The notes under the pieces: generated by a model
Told to the model about the DNA's origin: nothing
The model's database searches: none
Seen by the model: only the letters and a program-made list of their open reading frames with translations
In this document: positions 36,891 to 47,559 of the stretch, piece by piece
How positions within the stretch are numbered: position 1 is the first letter of the stretch
Layout of the letters: every line of letters starts with the position of its first letter
Program-made: the position numbers and the translations under genes
Source: Patescibacteria group bacterium
Lineage (GTDB): Bacteria; Patescibacteriota; Patescibacteriia; JAXHNJ01
Reading direction: 5' to 3'
NCBI GenBank assembly: GCA_043812155.1
Contig: JBDRMK010000017.1
Location: 77,824 to 141,823, forward strand
DNA: 64,000 nt

Positions 36891-37091
36891 TTAGGCGGCG
36901 TAATAAGCAAAAGTCCGCTGGCCGAAATTCTGAAAAATCCGAGCTAATTCTTCCAAACCCTCCCAGATTTGTCTAACGTTTTCCGTTTCTGAGCACCGTA
37001 TAAAAATAACCGTCTGCTCGTCCGTGGGAAGATTCATTAAACGACGGGTATATAAGATTAGATCGATAAGAGTATCTTTTGTTAATAGCAT
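36891..37091 (-). CDS. Small hypothetical ORF, 66 aa.
   Basis: ORF only; no supporting motif. Confidence 0.2.
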   Translation of the reverse strand: MLLTKDTLIDLILYTRRLMNLPTDEQTVIFIRCSETENVRQIWEGLEELARIFQNFGQRTFAYYAA

Positions 37092-37120
37092 TTTTGTTTT
37101 TGTTTTAGCGATATGACAAT

Positions 37121-37146
37121 ATAAAAAGAGGGCTTTTCACCTCTTT
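37121..37146 (-). terminator. Putative intrinsic terminator downstream of comM/yifB.
   Basis: Stem aaagagg / cctcttt with an 8-nt loop, followed on the minus strand by a T-rich tract. Confidence 0.4.
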
Positions 37147-37194
37147 ATATCCTAATTATAGCGCAAATTCGTGAAAAAGTCAAGCGACCCCCTC

Positions 37195-38712
37195 CTATTC
37201 CTCCCCTTTTGGCCGGTACTGCAAGGCCTCGGCCAAGTGTTTTATTTCAATTTTTTCCGAACCTTCCAGATCGGCAATGGTCCGGGAAAGTTTTAAGATC
37301 TTGTGGTATGAACGGCAGGATAAATTCAGCTGGATGGCCGAATTCTTGATCAGTTGCTTTCCGGCGTCATCCAAACGGCAGAATGTTTCTACGTCTTTCG
37401 CCTTGATCTCCGAATTTAATTTATAGGGATAATCCTTAAATCTTATTTTTTGAAAAGTCTGGGCGTTTTCCGCTCTTTTTCTTATGACCCCCGAGCCTTC
37501 CCCCAATTTTTCCGTCATCAATTTTTCTGTTTTTAACCGCGGCACTTCCAAGTGTAAATCAATCCGGTCCAGAAGCGGCCCGGAGATTTTTTTCCGGTAA
37601 CGGATTATTTGCGAGGGCGAACAGGTGCATTCTTTTTCCGGATCACTGTAATAGCCGCACGGACAGGGATTTAAGGCCGCCACCAGCATAAAGCGGGCTG
37701 GATAGGTCAGACTGCCGGCCACCCGGGCCACGGTTACTTCCCCTTCTTCCAAAGGCTGGCGCAGACTTTCCAATACCCCGCGCTGAAATTCCGGCAGTTC
37801 ATCCAAAAACAACACGCCGCGATGGGCTAACGAGACTTCGCCGGGGCGAGGGATCCGGCCGCCGCCGATAATAGAAGCGGCGGAAGCAGTGTGGTGCGGC
37901 GAACGAAAAGGCCTTTTAGTAATTAAAGGCTGGTCAGATCTTACTAAGCCGGAAACGCTGTATATTTTTGTCACTTCCAGAGCATCGGCTAAATCCATTT
38001 CCGGCAAAATTGTGGTCAGGGCCTTAGAAAGCAAGGTTTTTCCCGAACCCGGCGGCCCGGACATCAGGATATTGTGATGACCGGCGGCCGCGATTTCCAA
38101 AGCCCGTTTAACATGTTCCTGGCCTTTGATGTAGGCCATATCCAATTCTGAATCAAAATTAGAGTTTGTATTTTCCCAAACATATTGATGACAAGGAACC
38201 AATTCTTTTTTTAACAGATGATTAACTACTTGATTAAGGTCATGGCAGGGAAAAATACGGGGTCCGGGGATCAAACAGGCTTCATTGGCGTTTTCCGCTG
38301 GCAATAATATATTTTTTATCCGCTTTTTTTTGGCCAGCTCGACAAAAGAAAGAACGCCATTAACCGGTCTTAAGCTTCCGTCCAAAGAAAGCTCGCCTAA
38401 GAAAAGGCCTTCACGAAAAGAAAAAGAAAGCTGCTTGGTGGCCGCAAGCAGGGCCAGGGCAATAGGCAGATCATAAGACGGGCCTTCTTTTTTAATATCG
38501 GCCGGCGCCAGATTGATCGTCTGGCGGCCGTAGGGAAAAATAAAACCGCTGTTTCTAACGGCGGAACGGACTCTTTCTGTCGCTTCCTGGACGGCCGCGT
38601 CCGGCAGTCCGACAATTGTAAATTTCGGCAAACCGCTTGCCGTGTCCGCCTCCACTTCCACCAGGACCGAATTGAGGCCGATTAAGGCCGCCGAATATAT
38701 TTTTGATGACAT
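37195..38712 (-). CDS. comM: YifB/ComM-family Mg-chelatase-like AAA+ ATPase.
   Basis: Walker A GPPGSGKTLL and characteristic YifB N-terminal and C-terminal regions. Confidence 0.8.
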   Translation of the reverse strand: MSSKIYSAALIGLNSVLVEVEADTASGLPKFTIVGLPDAAVQEATERVRSAVRNSGFIFPYGRQTINLAPADIKKEGPSYDLPIALALLAATKQLSFSFREGLFLGELSLDGSLRPVNGVLSFVELAKKKRIKNILLPAENANEACLIPGPRIFPCHDLNQVVNHLLKKELVPCHQYVWENTNSNFDSELDMAYIKGQEHVKRALEIAAAGHHNILMSGPPGSGKTLLSKALTTILPEMDLADALEVTKIYSVSGLVRSDQPLITKRPFRSPHHTASAASIIGGGRIPRPGEVSLAHRGVLFLDELPEFQRGVLESLRQPLEEGEVTVARVAGSLTYPARFMLVAALNPCPCGYYSDPEKECTCSPSQIIRYRKKISGPLLDRIDLHLEVPRLKTEKLMTEKLGEGSGVIRKRAENAQTFQKIRFKDYPYKLNSEIKAKDVETFCRLDDAGKQLIKNSAIQLNLSCRSYHKILKLSRTIADLEGSEKIEIKHLAEALQYRPKGEE

Positions 38713-38764
38713 AAAAAAGGTCGCTTTCTTCCTAAAGCCACCATGTATCTGTTTTAACGATAAT

Positions 38765-39229
38765 CTATTTTAAAATATCTGTCAAATTATTCCGGCCAAA
38801 ACTTTTTATAAATATAAGTCCGACGCCCAACACGATCATCGCATCTGATATATTAAACACTGGGAACCAGCCGAGAAAATTAACGTAATCAACAACGTGG
38901 CCGAAACGAACCCGATCAATAAGATTAGAGACCGCGCCCACAAATATCAGGCCAAAAGACCAGAGAAAAAAATAATTTGAACGCTTTAAGCTAATTATAA
39001 GAAAATAAAAAACTATTATAATTATTAAAATAATCAAAGGGTATAAAAGATATGAAGCGACCGGAAAACTCAAGGCCAGACCTTGATTCGGGTAATAATT
39101 TATTTTTAAAATATTTTTTACGGCAAAAAACCCTTCGCGGTTTAAAACCAGCCACTTGAATAGACGGTCTAAAATAAAGGCAAAAAAAATAACGGCGGAT
39201 AAAAAATATTTATTTTTTAAGAGCCGCAT
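38765..39229 (-). CDS. lspA: Lipoprotein signal peptidase (signal peptidase II).
   Basis: Four TM helices, FNISDAMIVLGV and GHVVDY motifs, ~150 aa. Confidence 0.7.
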   Translation of the reverse strand: MRLLKNKYFLSAVIFFAFILDRLFKWLVLNREGFFAVKNILKINYYPNQGLALSFPVASYLLYPLIILIIIIVFYFLIISLKRSNYFFLWSFGLIFVGAVSNLIDRVRFGHVVDYVNFLGWFPVFNISDAMIVLGVGLIFIKSFGRNNLTDILK

Positions 39230-39230
39230 C

Positions 39231-39587
39231 TTATAAATTATTACATTTAACGCAGACCGAGGCCGCCGGATTGACCTCTAGCCTTTCCCGGGGAATTTCT
39301 TCTCCGCAATTTTCGCACTTTCCGTAATCGCCTTTTTCCAACCTATCCAAAGCTTTATCCACTTCCGCTAATTTTCCCTGGAGATTGCCCTCTAAAGAAA
39401 GATCGTCTTGATACTGAGCTACCTCCGTGGCGTTGTCTTCATCAGAATCGCCGTATTGCGGCAATTTGGCGTGAAATTCGTCTTTTGCCTTTTTATCCTC
39501 TGGCCCGAGAGCGCCCAATCTTTTTCTTAAATCCGCCCTTTCTCCTTCTAATTTTTCTTTCATCTCGGCGATAAAATTTGCGTCCAT
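39231..39587 (-). CDS. DksA/TraR-family C4 zinc-finger transcription factor.
   Basis: Coiled-coil N-terminus and C-terminal CENCGEEIPRERLEVNPAASVCVKC. Confidence 0.7.
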   Translation of the reverse strand: MDANFIAEMKEKLEGERADLRKRLGALGPEDKKAKDEFHAKLPQYGDSDEDNATEVAQYQDDLSLEGNLQGKLAEVDKALDRLEKGDYGKCENCGEEIPRERLEVNPAASVCVKCNNL

Positions 39588-39757
39588 AGTTTTTCGTTAA
39601 AAAATAAAAAGTGAGTTATTGTTAAATAAAATTAGTCACTTTCTAGGCTTAATTATAGCCCCGGTCAAAATTCCTGTCAATAATAACCCGCGTTCTAAAA
39701 AGCCCACTTTTTTCAAGAGGACTTTTTAGTTTTTTTTGTTTTTGACTATATCTAGTT

Positions 39758-42700
39758 CTATTTACTAATGGTCATATCCACGCCGCCGCGGAATCCCGGA
39801 TGCAAGGCCATAAACTGATGAGCGGCCTGCCCTGAAGAATTCATGATTCTTACCTGCGGTCCGCCGGCGCTCATGGGCGTGACAATAATTTCCGAAGTGC
39901 CGTCCGCGTCCAGATCCGCCACCGCGATATCCGCTCCGCCGCGGAAAGAAGTGGCAAAAGCGAAGAATTGTCTTTCCAAACCGTTTGGTCCGTAAACTTG
40001 AATATGCGCTCCGCCCCTCACCGGCGACACGACCAATTCCGCCTGGTTATCGCCGTCCACGTCGCCGATGCCCGCTTTCAAACCCATCCGCCAGGCGCGA
40101 TTATAGGCAAAGCCGGAAAGTAAAGCCGAGCCAGTATAAGTAACCACACGATATTGAGGTCCGCCGGCTGAAGCCGGGGTCAAAGCCAAGTCTTTCGCTC
40201 CGTCGCCGTTATAGTCACCCAGTGCTATATTTACCCCGCCGCGGAAACCGGTCGGGAAAGCGAAAAACTGGCTGACTAAACCGCCGGTCCCGTTGAATAT
40301 TCTCACGTGAGGCGCCGCGCCCTGGCCAGGAACCGCCACAATTTCGTCCGCGCCGTCGCCATTAACATCACCCACTGTCACTTCCACGCCGGCTCTTAAA
40401 GTGGTGGCAAAGGCAAAGAAAGAAGAATACAGGGAGAGACTGCCGTTAGCGTACTTATAAATTCTGACCTGCGGGCCGCCGTTGGAGGTCGGGGTAACGA
40501 TAATTTCCGCGTTGCCGTCGCCGTCCACGTCGCCCAGAGCCAGAGAATAAGTGCCGCGGAAAGTTCTCGCGAAGACAAAAGTATTGGCCAGGTTCTGGCC
40601 GGAAGAATTAAAGACGCGCAGATGCGGCGCGGCCAAAGCTCCGGGCAAAGTCACGATCTCATCATTGCCATCGCCGTCCAGATCGCCCATTACCGCTTTC
40701 ACTCCTGTTCTTAAATTTGAATTATAGGCCATAAAACTCGCTTGTTGAGTGCCGTTTGAATCCCAGACAGTAACCTGAGGTCCGCCGCCCACTTTGGGTG
40801 CCGTCACGATATTTTTAACCGTATTGCTGCCATAGCGCGAGGAACCGGTGGTTATGGCAAAATCAGTGAAATGATTAACCGTCATCATGATCGTATTTTG
40901 TTCCGTATTCTGGACGACATTGTCGGGCAACTTCCAGGTGGAAGAATTGGAATCCCAGTATCGGCCGATGATCGAAGTTTCTTCAATACCTTCTGCTTTA
41001 AGCATCGCATCATCGTAAAAAATGGTTATCGTAACACTGCTGTTAAAGCTTGAGGTGACTGATTGCCCGTTGCTGTCCGTCAATTCCAAGCTCCAGGCAA
41101 AACCCAAGGCCGGTTTCGCCTCAGGCGTGCGGTATATATTGATATTGGGGGAGGCCGTAAGCGTGTAATTTCCCGAAGAGGCAATAGCATTAGCCGGGAT
41201 GGTAATGATCGAATTATCCGGCAAAGTAATAGTCGTCAATTGCGAGGCGTCAAAAGTACTGCTTATACCTTGAGGGATATTAAAGGCTGATTTCCTTAAA
41301 GTAAAGTTTTTACTGATTATGGTACCGACCGTGCTTAATGTGATCGGCTCTTCATTGGAGCGGTAAAAACTCGTTCCATCCATGCTGTCACAGCCGATAT
41401 ACCAGGTCCCCCTAGTTAAAGGAATATTGTACGAACCATCCATTACCTGACCGCCGGAAAAACCGCCTTGCGGATTCCAGGCGTGGCAAAATCCCATTCT
41501 TAATGCGGTGCCGTCTTCACGAGTAGCTGAACCGGTGACACTGCCTTCCGAGGCCCGAAATTTAAGAGTAATCGGAGTCGTGATATTGGCCGCCACGGAT
41601 ACATCAACATTTTGAGGGGGCAGAAATGACGACATTTCCGGCGGCAGACCGGCGCCGCAGGAATAAGTTCCCGCCACCACACCGATCATGGCGCTGCCGT
41701 CCCTGATCTGTCCTCCGGTATTCAAGACACTGCCGCCTTCAACCGGCCCTTTAACTTCTCTTTCTTTCTGCTTCATGTTGTTGCACCACACCCACCCGTC
41801 TTTGACTTTATTGCCGTTGGGATCTAAAACCGTGGCCGCGATATAAGCGTTAGCCCGATGGGCTTTTAAAGTTTTTACGGCCCGACCGTTGACCGGCACG
41901 GTCACCGGCGATTGATCCGGATTGCCTTGCATAAAACCCGGGGTTCTGATGTTATAGCCGAGAAAATAGGTGCCGTGCTTGACTGAAATGCGATAACTGC
42001 CGTCCGCGTTTATGCGGGCGTTATAGCCAAACCCCTGCCCCTCGCCGTTGGCATAAACATCGCCTTGGACATTCGTGATCACCGCGCCAGTCGAAGCATC
42101 TCTTAAGTAGCCGACGATTTCCCCGTCATTTTGAATTAGGGTCACGTTAACTGTTTTATTTTCTCCGACGGCAACCGCCACTTCCACTTCTTTATCCAAA
42201 GACATGTTTGATTCCGGCGGCACATTAGCGGCGCAAACATAGGTGTAGCCGCCTAATAATTTTATACTGGCGCTTGATCCCTGGATACCCATGCCGAAAT
42301 CACTGCCTGGTCCTGGCTGCGTTCCCTTTTTGCGGCAGTAAGCCCAGCCGTACATATTGGAAATCAGGTTACCGGCCGCGTCTTTTAAAACGATAGTTAC
42401 TTGGGCATCAGCCAGAGTCAAACTAAAATTTACCCCCGTCGTTACCTGAGTATCCGTAAGAATAGACACTCTGGTCTGCCCTCCTTGAGTGATATAATTC
42501 TTCTGGCTGGCGTCCCACTGGTCAATCGCCACCTCCCATTCGCCTTTAAAAACCGGGATGGAATATGAGCCGTCGGCCGCCGTCGTCGCGTTGCTCCAGC
42601 CTGATCCGCCCGATCCTGATATCCAGGCATTGACCCTGATGCTCCCGACAGCCACGCCGGAAGTGTTGGTAACCACGCCCTTGATACGGGCGGCTTTTTC

Positions 42701-43810
42701 TTTCAAATAAATCGTGCCAAGAGCTTTTGTTTCGCCGGTAACTACCGTTACCTGCATGGAAGGAATATAATAAGTTGAGCCTTGTGAATTCAGTTGCAGA
42801 GTATAGGTGCCGGCTTTAGCCGGGATACTGAAAGAGCCGTCGCTCTGCAAACCGCTGCCTGAACCCTGGCCAGTTTCATTTCTTAAATCGACATAATATT
42901 GCCAGGGATCCGCTATAATGCCGCCGTCGGGTTTAACCAATTTGCCCGTAACCGTCGCATCGGCTTTTACCACCGTAAAATTTTGGGTATAGGTTCCGGC
43001 CGCCGAAACATCTATCATCGGATCCTGGCTCTGCCAGAACCAATCTGTGGTCACCCGCTGTCCGTCTACCCATTGGGCATCCGGATGAAGCTGCCAGAGG
43101 CCGGCGGTAGTCAAAGCTAGCCGGAAATATCCGTCGCTGCCGCAATTGGTATTCGACCATTCTTGAGCGCCCTGCAAATTAGCGTTTATCGCGCAAGTCG
43201 AAACCGCGCCGCCGGTATCGTAAGTGACATAACCCTCGATAAATTTATCGATGCCGATCAAAATAGCGCTGTTATTTTGGCCCTGGCCGGCGCCTCCGCA
43301 ATCGGGACCGCAGACCTGGGCGTTGATATCCACGCCGTAAGTGCCGGCGGCTAAAGGATTGATTACGTTATTGATTAAAATCGTAACCGTGCTGCCGCTC
43401 GCGATTGTTTGGGCGTCTGAGAAATACGGCGAAATAAAATTTTGGTTTTGATTTATTATCAGCGTGGTGCCGACACTTGCCCCGTCATCTTTAATATAGC
43501 CAAGGGAAGCGCTGGTAAAATTAATGGCATGGTTAGCATCACTCACTCCATTAAAAAATGTGCTCATATTAAATCCCCCTAACTGTCCGCTGCCAACGGT
43601 CATATCAGCGTTAATCTTGAATGAAAAAAGATAACTGGTGGTGGCGCCCAAAACCGTGCTTGATGGAGAAACGGTAATTTCGGAGATGCCGGCGACTACA
43701 TTAGTGGTATAACCGGCGGCCTGCCCGACGTTTAATCCGATGAATGAAAAAGGTCCAAGCAGAGAAAAAATGGTAATAATACTGATGAAAAATTTGGTTT
43801 TTTTGATCAT
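39758..43810 (-). CDS. Giant 1350-aa secreted surface protein with C-terminal FG-GAP/VCBS beta-propeller repeats.
   Basis: Signal peptide. Six repeats of the form GDxDGDGxxEIVxxPxxxGGPQVRIx near the C-terminus. Thr/Gly-rich beta-sandwich-like N-terminal regions. Confidence 0.7.
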   Translation of the reverse strand: MIKKTKFFISIITIFSLLGPFSFIGLNVGQAAGYTTNVVAGISEITVSPSSTVLGATTSYLFSFKINADMTVGSGQLGGFNMSTFFNGVSDANHAINFTSASLGYIKDDGASVGTTLIINQNQNFISPYFSDAQTIASGSTVTILINNVINPLAAGTYGVDINAQVCGPDCGGAGQGQNNSAILIGIDKFIEGYVTYDTGGAVSTCAINANLQGAQEWSNTNCGSDGYFRLALTTAGLWQLHPDAQWVDGQRVTTDWFWQSQDPMIDVSAAGTYTQNFTVVKADATVTGKLVKPDGGIIADPWQYYVDLRNETGQGSGSGLQSDGSFSIPAKAGTYTLQLNSQGSTYYIPSMQVTVVTGETKALGTIYLKEKAARIKGVVTNTSGVAVGSIRVNAWISGSGGSGWSNATTAADGSYSIPVFKGEWEVAIDQWDASQKNYITQGGQTRVSILTDTQVTTGVNFSLTLADAQVTIVLKDAAGNLISNMYGWAYCRKKGTQPGPGSDFGMGIQGSSASIKLLGGYTYVCAANVPPESNMSLDKEVEVAVAVGENKTVNVTLIQNDGEIVGYLRDASTGAVITNVQGDVYANGEGQGFGYNARINADGSYRISVKHGTYFLGYNIRTPGFMQGNPDQSPVTVPVNGRAVKTLKAHRANAYIAATVLDPNGNKVKDGWVWCNNMKQKEREVKGPVEGGSVLNTGGQIRDGSAMIGVVAGTYSCGAGLPPEMSSFLPPQNVDVSVAANITTPITLKFRASEGSVTGSATREDGTALRMGFCHAWNPQGGFSGGQVMDGSYNIPLTRGTWYIGCDSMDGTSFYRSNEEPITLSTVGTIISKNFTLRKSAFNIPQGISSTFDASQLTTITLPDNSIITIPANAIASSGNYTLTASPNINIYRTPEAKPALGFAWSLELTDSNGQSVTSSFNSSVTITIFYDDAMLKAEGIEETSIIGRYWDSNSSTWKLPDNVVQNTEQNTIMMTVNHFTDFAITTGSSRYGSNTVKNIVTAPKVGGGPQVTVWDSNGTQQASFMAYNSNLRTGVKAVMGDLDGDGNDEIVTLPGALAAPHLRVFNSSGQNLANTFVFARTFRGTYSLALGDVDGDGNAEIIVTPTSNGGPQVRIYKYANGSLSLYSSFFAFATTLRAGVEVTVGDVNGDGADEIVAVPGQGAAPHVRIFNGTGGLVSQFFAFPTGFRGGVNIALGDYNGDGAKDLALTPASAGGPQYRVVTYTGSALLSGFAYNRAWRMGLKAGIGDVDGDNQAELVVSPVRGGAHIQVYGPNGLERQFFAFATSFRGGADIAVADLDADGTSEIIVTPMSAGGPQVRIMNSSGQAAHQFMALHPGFRGGVDMTISK

Positions 43811-44611
43811 ATTATTTTGTTTAATTTTTAATATATATTTAAATTAGTAGTGGTCTAAAATAAAAAAACCACAAAATTAGTGGTTATCTAAACCCTCCCT
43901 TGTTCCATCCCTCCCCTGTTTTATTAAACTTTTTGTTTTTTGCATGAAGAAAAGTTGAAAAAACCTCTCTTTTAGCTAAATTTTTTTGTTTTCTTACTTT
44001 ATTATACACCTATATTTCTATTTTGTCAACCGTAAACGGCTTAGATTACTGTATTTTCAACAATATGTGATAATTTTTTAAATAAACGAAAAGGCGCATG
44101 TGATCACCTTAAAACTAAGTTGCTTAAGAGGCGACATGCGCCTTAATGGGGTTTATTATCCAATTTTATCCCGCCGTTAGCCGGCTCCCTGCACTATTTC
44201 CCAGAGGACCGCGTAGCGGCAGAATAAAATATGATGATGTAGCCCCAACTTTCTCTTTGTTTCTGGAGTCAAAAAGATCAATATATCTCAACCATTCTTC
44301 CGGTATAATCTCTGGTTTTAAGGCCAAAAATCTACCTTTTTGTTTTTGTGTTACAAATTTTTTCAAACGGGTGTCCAGAAAACACCCATGACGAATAGTT
44401 GAGAAGGGCCTTTTCCCAAATTTAGCTAATATTAGGGAAAAACCCTTCTCAGCTGATATTATTGTCAAACTTACACCAATAGTATATCAGACTATCTATG
44501 TATTGTCAAGTACGCTCAAAAATTAAAAAATTAGCTTAAACTAGCTAAAATATCCTGTGGATAAAATTCTATATATTTAATATAAATATAAAAATTATAA
44601 TTTGGCTAATA
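43811..44611. promoter_or_regulatory. Unusually long (800-bp) AT-rich intergenic region with multiple palindromes. Probably holds the promoter of the FG-GAP gene and possibly an uncharacterised RNA.
   Basis: 11-bp perfect inverted repeat aaggcgcatgt...acatgcgcctt (~44094-44147). ~16-bp imperfect palindrome 44401-44450. GCTAATATTAGC palindromes at ~44424 and 44604. No convincing ORF. Confidence 0.3.
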
Positions 44612-45169
44612 TTAGCCTAATCTATTTTTTATATATTTAAATATTTTTTGGTATTCTTCTTCCTTGGAAAATGAAGTAGTATCAAGGAAAAAATCAAAAT
44701 TGTCCGGATTAAACACATCAATCCCGTATATTTCACGATACCGTTTTTCATCGCTTTTCATCCGTTCACGGTTTATCTGGAGAACATCCTCTACATTCGT
44801 CACCTGTCTGGCTTCATTCCTCATGCTGTTGATTTTAAAATCTTCAAAAACTCTTTTTGCCCCGATATTTTCGTCAACATCCAAAAATATTTTTAAGGAT
44901 TGGGGAATGAAATGGTAAGCGGTCCGACCTTCAATAACCAAATTGTCCTCTCTTTTTCCGATCTCAGACAATTGTTTGTCAACTTCTTTATCAATAGAAT
45001 GATCTTTCTCCCCTAATTTCAGATATTCAACCAAAGTCAGATTCTTCTTTTTGGAAGCGGCCCGAAAAATATCGCCCATGTAATACCTTTTATAGCCTAA
45101 GTCTTGGGCCAGTCTTTTGGCGATCGTTGACTTGCCGCTTCCGGGTTTTCCCGAAATGGAAATTATCAT
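44612..45169 (-). CDS. cmk: Cytidylate kinase-like P-loop kinase.
   Basis: P-loop ISGKPGSGKSTIAKRLA and ~185-aa length consistent with short-form CMP kinases. Confidence 0.6.
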   Translation of the reverse strand: MIISISGKPGSGKSTIAKRLAQDLGYKRYYMGDIFRAASKKKNLTLVEYLKLGEKDHSIDKEVDKQLSEIGKREDNLVIEGRTAYHFIPQSLKIFLDVDENIGAKRVFEDFKINSMRNEARQVTNVEDVLQINRERMKSDEKRYREIYGIDVFNPDNFDFFLDTTSFSKEEEYQKIFKYIKNRLG

Positions 45170-45191
45170 TTTTTATGATTTTTGATTTTCG

Positions 45192-47435
45192 TTAAAATCT
45201 TTTACGCGGGCTAAACGGTCTTCTCCCCCGGCCGCTTGAATCGTGCGAGTCGCGGGAAAAATTGTCATAACCGGCCGGCGCTTGCGATAAGGCCTTGACC
45301 GAGAGACTGACTCGGCCTCTTTCTTTATCCACGTCAACGACCTTAACTTTTATTTTGTCGCCGACCTTAACTATGTCGCTTACCTTATTGATCCTTTGGT
45401 AGGAAAATTCAGAAATATGGACCATGCCGTCATGGCCGGGAAATAATTCCACGATCGCTCCGATCTCCTTGCTTTCATTGTTCCGGTCCTTCAAGATCTG
45501 GGTGACCACGCCTTCATGGACTTCTCCGATGACCACTTCGCGCGTCAAATTTTTCACCCACTCAAGAGCTTTATTTCCCATTTCCGGATTATGAGCCGTG
45601 ATCAAAACCAGGCCGTCATCTTCAATGTCAATTTTTGTCACGTCGCGGCCGCCGCACTCATCAATGATCTTATTGATCGTTTCTCCGCCGCGGCCAATCA
45701 CTTCTCTTATTTGCTCCGGATCAATTCTTAAGGAATAGATCCGAGGGGCATACATGGAAAGTTCTTTTCTGGGAGCGGGAATCACGCCTTTTATCACATC
45801 TAAGATTTTCAGCCTGGCAATTTTGGCGGCCTCTAATGTTTCCTTACAAATCTGCGTATTTAGGCCGGAAACTTTGATATCCAGCTGCATGGCCGTAATG
45901 CCGTTTTCCGTGCCGGCGACTTTGAAATCCATGCCGCCGGAATGGTCTTCGATCCCCTGGATATCGGTTAAAATCTTATATTTCCCGCTTTTTTCATCCA
46001 TGATTATACCCATGGCGATGCCGGCGACCGGAGTCTTTATCGGCACCCCGGCGTCCATTAAAGCCAAGGATGAACCACAAACGGAAGCCTGGGAAGTAGA
46101 ACCATTAGAAGACAAGACCTCGGAAACAACGCGAATGGTATATGGAAAATCTTCTTTGGAAGGCAATACCGGCTCAAGCGATTTTTCCGCGAGAGCCCCG
46201 TGGCCGATTTCCCGCCGGCCCGCGCCCCGCAAAGGCGCCACTTCGCCGACGGAAAATCCGGGGAAATTATAATGATGCATGTATCTTTTTTTGCCTGATT
46301 CTTCCATGGTGTCCAGGGTCTGTTCGTCTCCGGGCGAGCCTAAGGTAACAATGGAAAGCACCTGTGTTTCGCCGCGGTTAAAAAGACCGGAACCGTGCGT
46401 CCGCGGCAAGAGCCCGACTTGAGCCGAAAGCGGTCTGACTTCGTCCAAAGCGCGGCCGTCTACCCGCACTCCATCTTCCAAGACAATTCGCTTGGCTTCA
46501 GCGTCCAGAAGTTCTTCCAATAGGATCAAACCCTTGGCCCGTGTTTCCTTGCTCACCTCGTTGTCTTCTTTTAAGACGGTATCCAACTCTTCTTTTAATT
46601 TGGTTAATTCCTCTTCGCGTTTGGTCTTATCTTTTGTCTTTAATAATTCTTTTATTTTTCCCGCCGCGAAATCTTTGACCTTGCCTTGAACTTTTTCAAA
46701 AGCTTCTCTTTCTTCTTCGTTTTCCCCTTCAAAATCGCCTGTTATTTTTTCCGAACCGACCTTTTTTCTCACTTCTTCCATCAGCTCGATCACGGTGCCT
46801 AAATTTTTCTGGGCAAAAACGATGCCTTCTATAATCACTTCTTCTGAAGTTTCATTGGCCTTAGCCTCCATCATGACCACTTTATCTTGGGTACCGGCTA
46901 CCACGAGATCAAAAGCGCTCTTTTCGCGGGCGGCATACGTGGGATTTAACACCCATTCGCCGTTTATCTGGCCGACTCGGGCGCAGGCGATCGGACCATT
47001 CCAGGGAATACTGGAAAGATGCAAAGCGCAGGAAGCGGCAATCAGGGAAATAATATCGGAATCATTTTCCTGGTCCACGGAAAGAACGGTAATCACCAAC
47101 TGCACGTCGTTCCTCATTTTCTGGTTGAAAAAAGGCCGCATGGCGCGGTCAACCAGCCGGGAAATCAAGATCGCGTCGTCGGAAGGCCGACCTTCCCTTT
47201 TGATAAAACGAGAGCCTTTTATTTTTCCGGCGGCATAAAGTCTCTCTTCGTAATCAACCAAAAGCGGGAAGTAATCAATGCCTTCCCTGATGTTGCGGCT
47301 CATCACGGCCGTGGCTAAAACCACGGTGTCGCCGTACTGAACCGTGCAGGAGCCGTGGGCCTGACCCGCGAGTTTGCCTGTTTCGATGATTAGTTTTTTT
47401 CCGGCCAATTCTCTTTCAAATCTTTGCACGGACAT
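45192..47435 (-). CDS. pnp: Polyribonucleotide nucleotidyltransferase (PNPase).
   Basis: Two RNase PH-like domains followed by KH and S1 domains ([13 protein letters not shown]...VHISE). 747 aa. Confidence 0.9.
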   Translation of the reverse strand: MSVQRFERELAGKKLIIETGKLAGQAHGSCTVQYGDTVVLATAVMSRNIREGIDYFPLLVDYEERLYAAGKIKGSRFIKREGRPSDDAILISRLVDRAMRPFFNQKMRNDVQLVITVLSVDQENDSDIISLIAASCALHLSSIPWNGPIACARVGQINGEWVLNPTYAAREKSAFDLVVAGTQDKVVMMEAKANETSEEVIIEGIVFAQKNLGTVIELMEEVRKKVGSEKITGDFEGENEEEREAFEKVQGKVKDFAAGKIKELLKTKDKTKREEELTKLKEELDTVLKEDNEVSKETRAKGLILLEELLDAEAKRIVLEDGVRVDGRALDEVRPLSAQVGLLPRTHGSGLFNRGETQVLSIVTLGSPGDEQTLDTMEESGKKRYMHHYNFPGFSVGEVAPLRGAGRREIGHGALAEKSLEPVLPSKEDFPYTIRVVSEVLSSNGSTSQASVCGSSLALMDAGVPIKTPVAGIAMGIIMDEKSGKYKILTDIQGIEDHSGGMDFKVAGTENGITAMQLDIKVSGLNTQICKETLEAAKIARLKILDVIKGVIPAPRKELSMYAPRIYSLRIDPEQIREVIGRGGETINKIIDECGGRDVTKIDIEDDGLVLITAHNPEMGNKALEWVKNLTREVVIGEVHEGVVTQILKDRNNESKEIGAIVELFPGHDGMVHISEFSYQRINKVSDIVKVGDKIKVKVVDVDKERGRVSLSVKALSQAPAGYDNFSRDSHDSSGRGRRPFSPRKRF

Positions 47436-47559
47436 AAAAATACCTTTCTTTCTTGGCCGGCAGGCTCTAGACTACCCGAAAGGGCTTTTTTAAGCGCTTT
47501 GTTGATAGTCCATCTGTCTGGCGGCCAATTATTTATTTAGTTATAAATTGTAAAATTTT

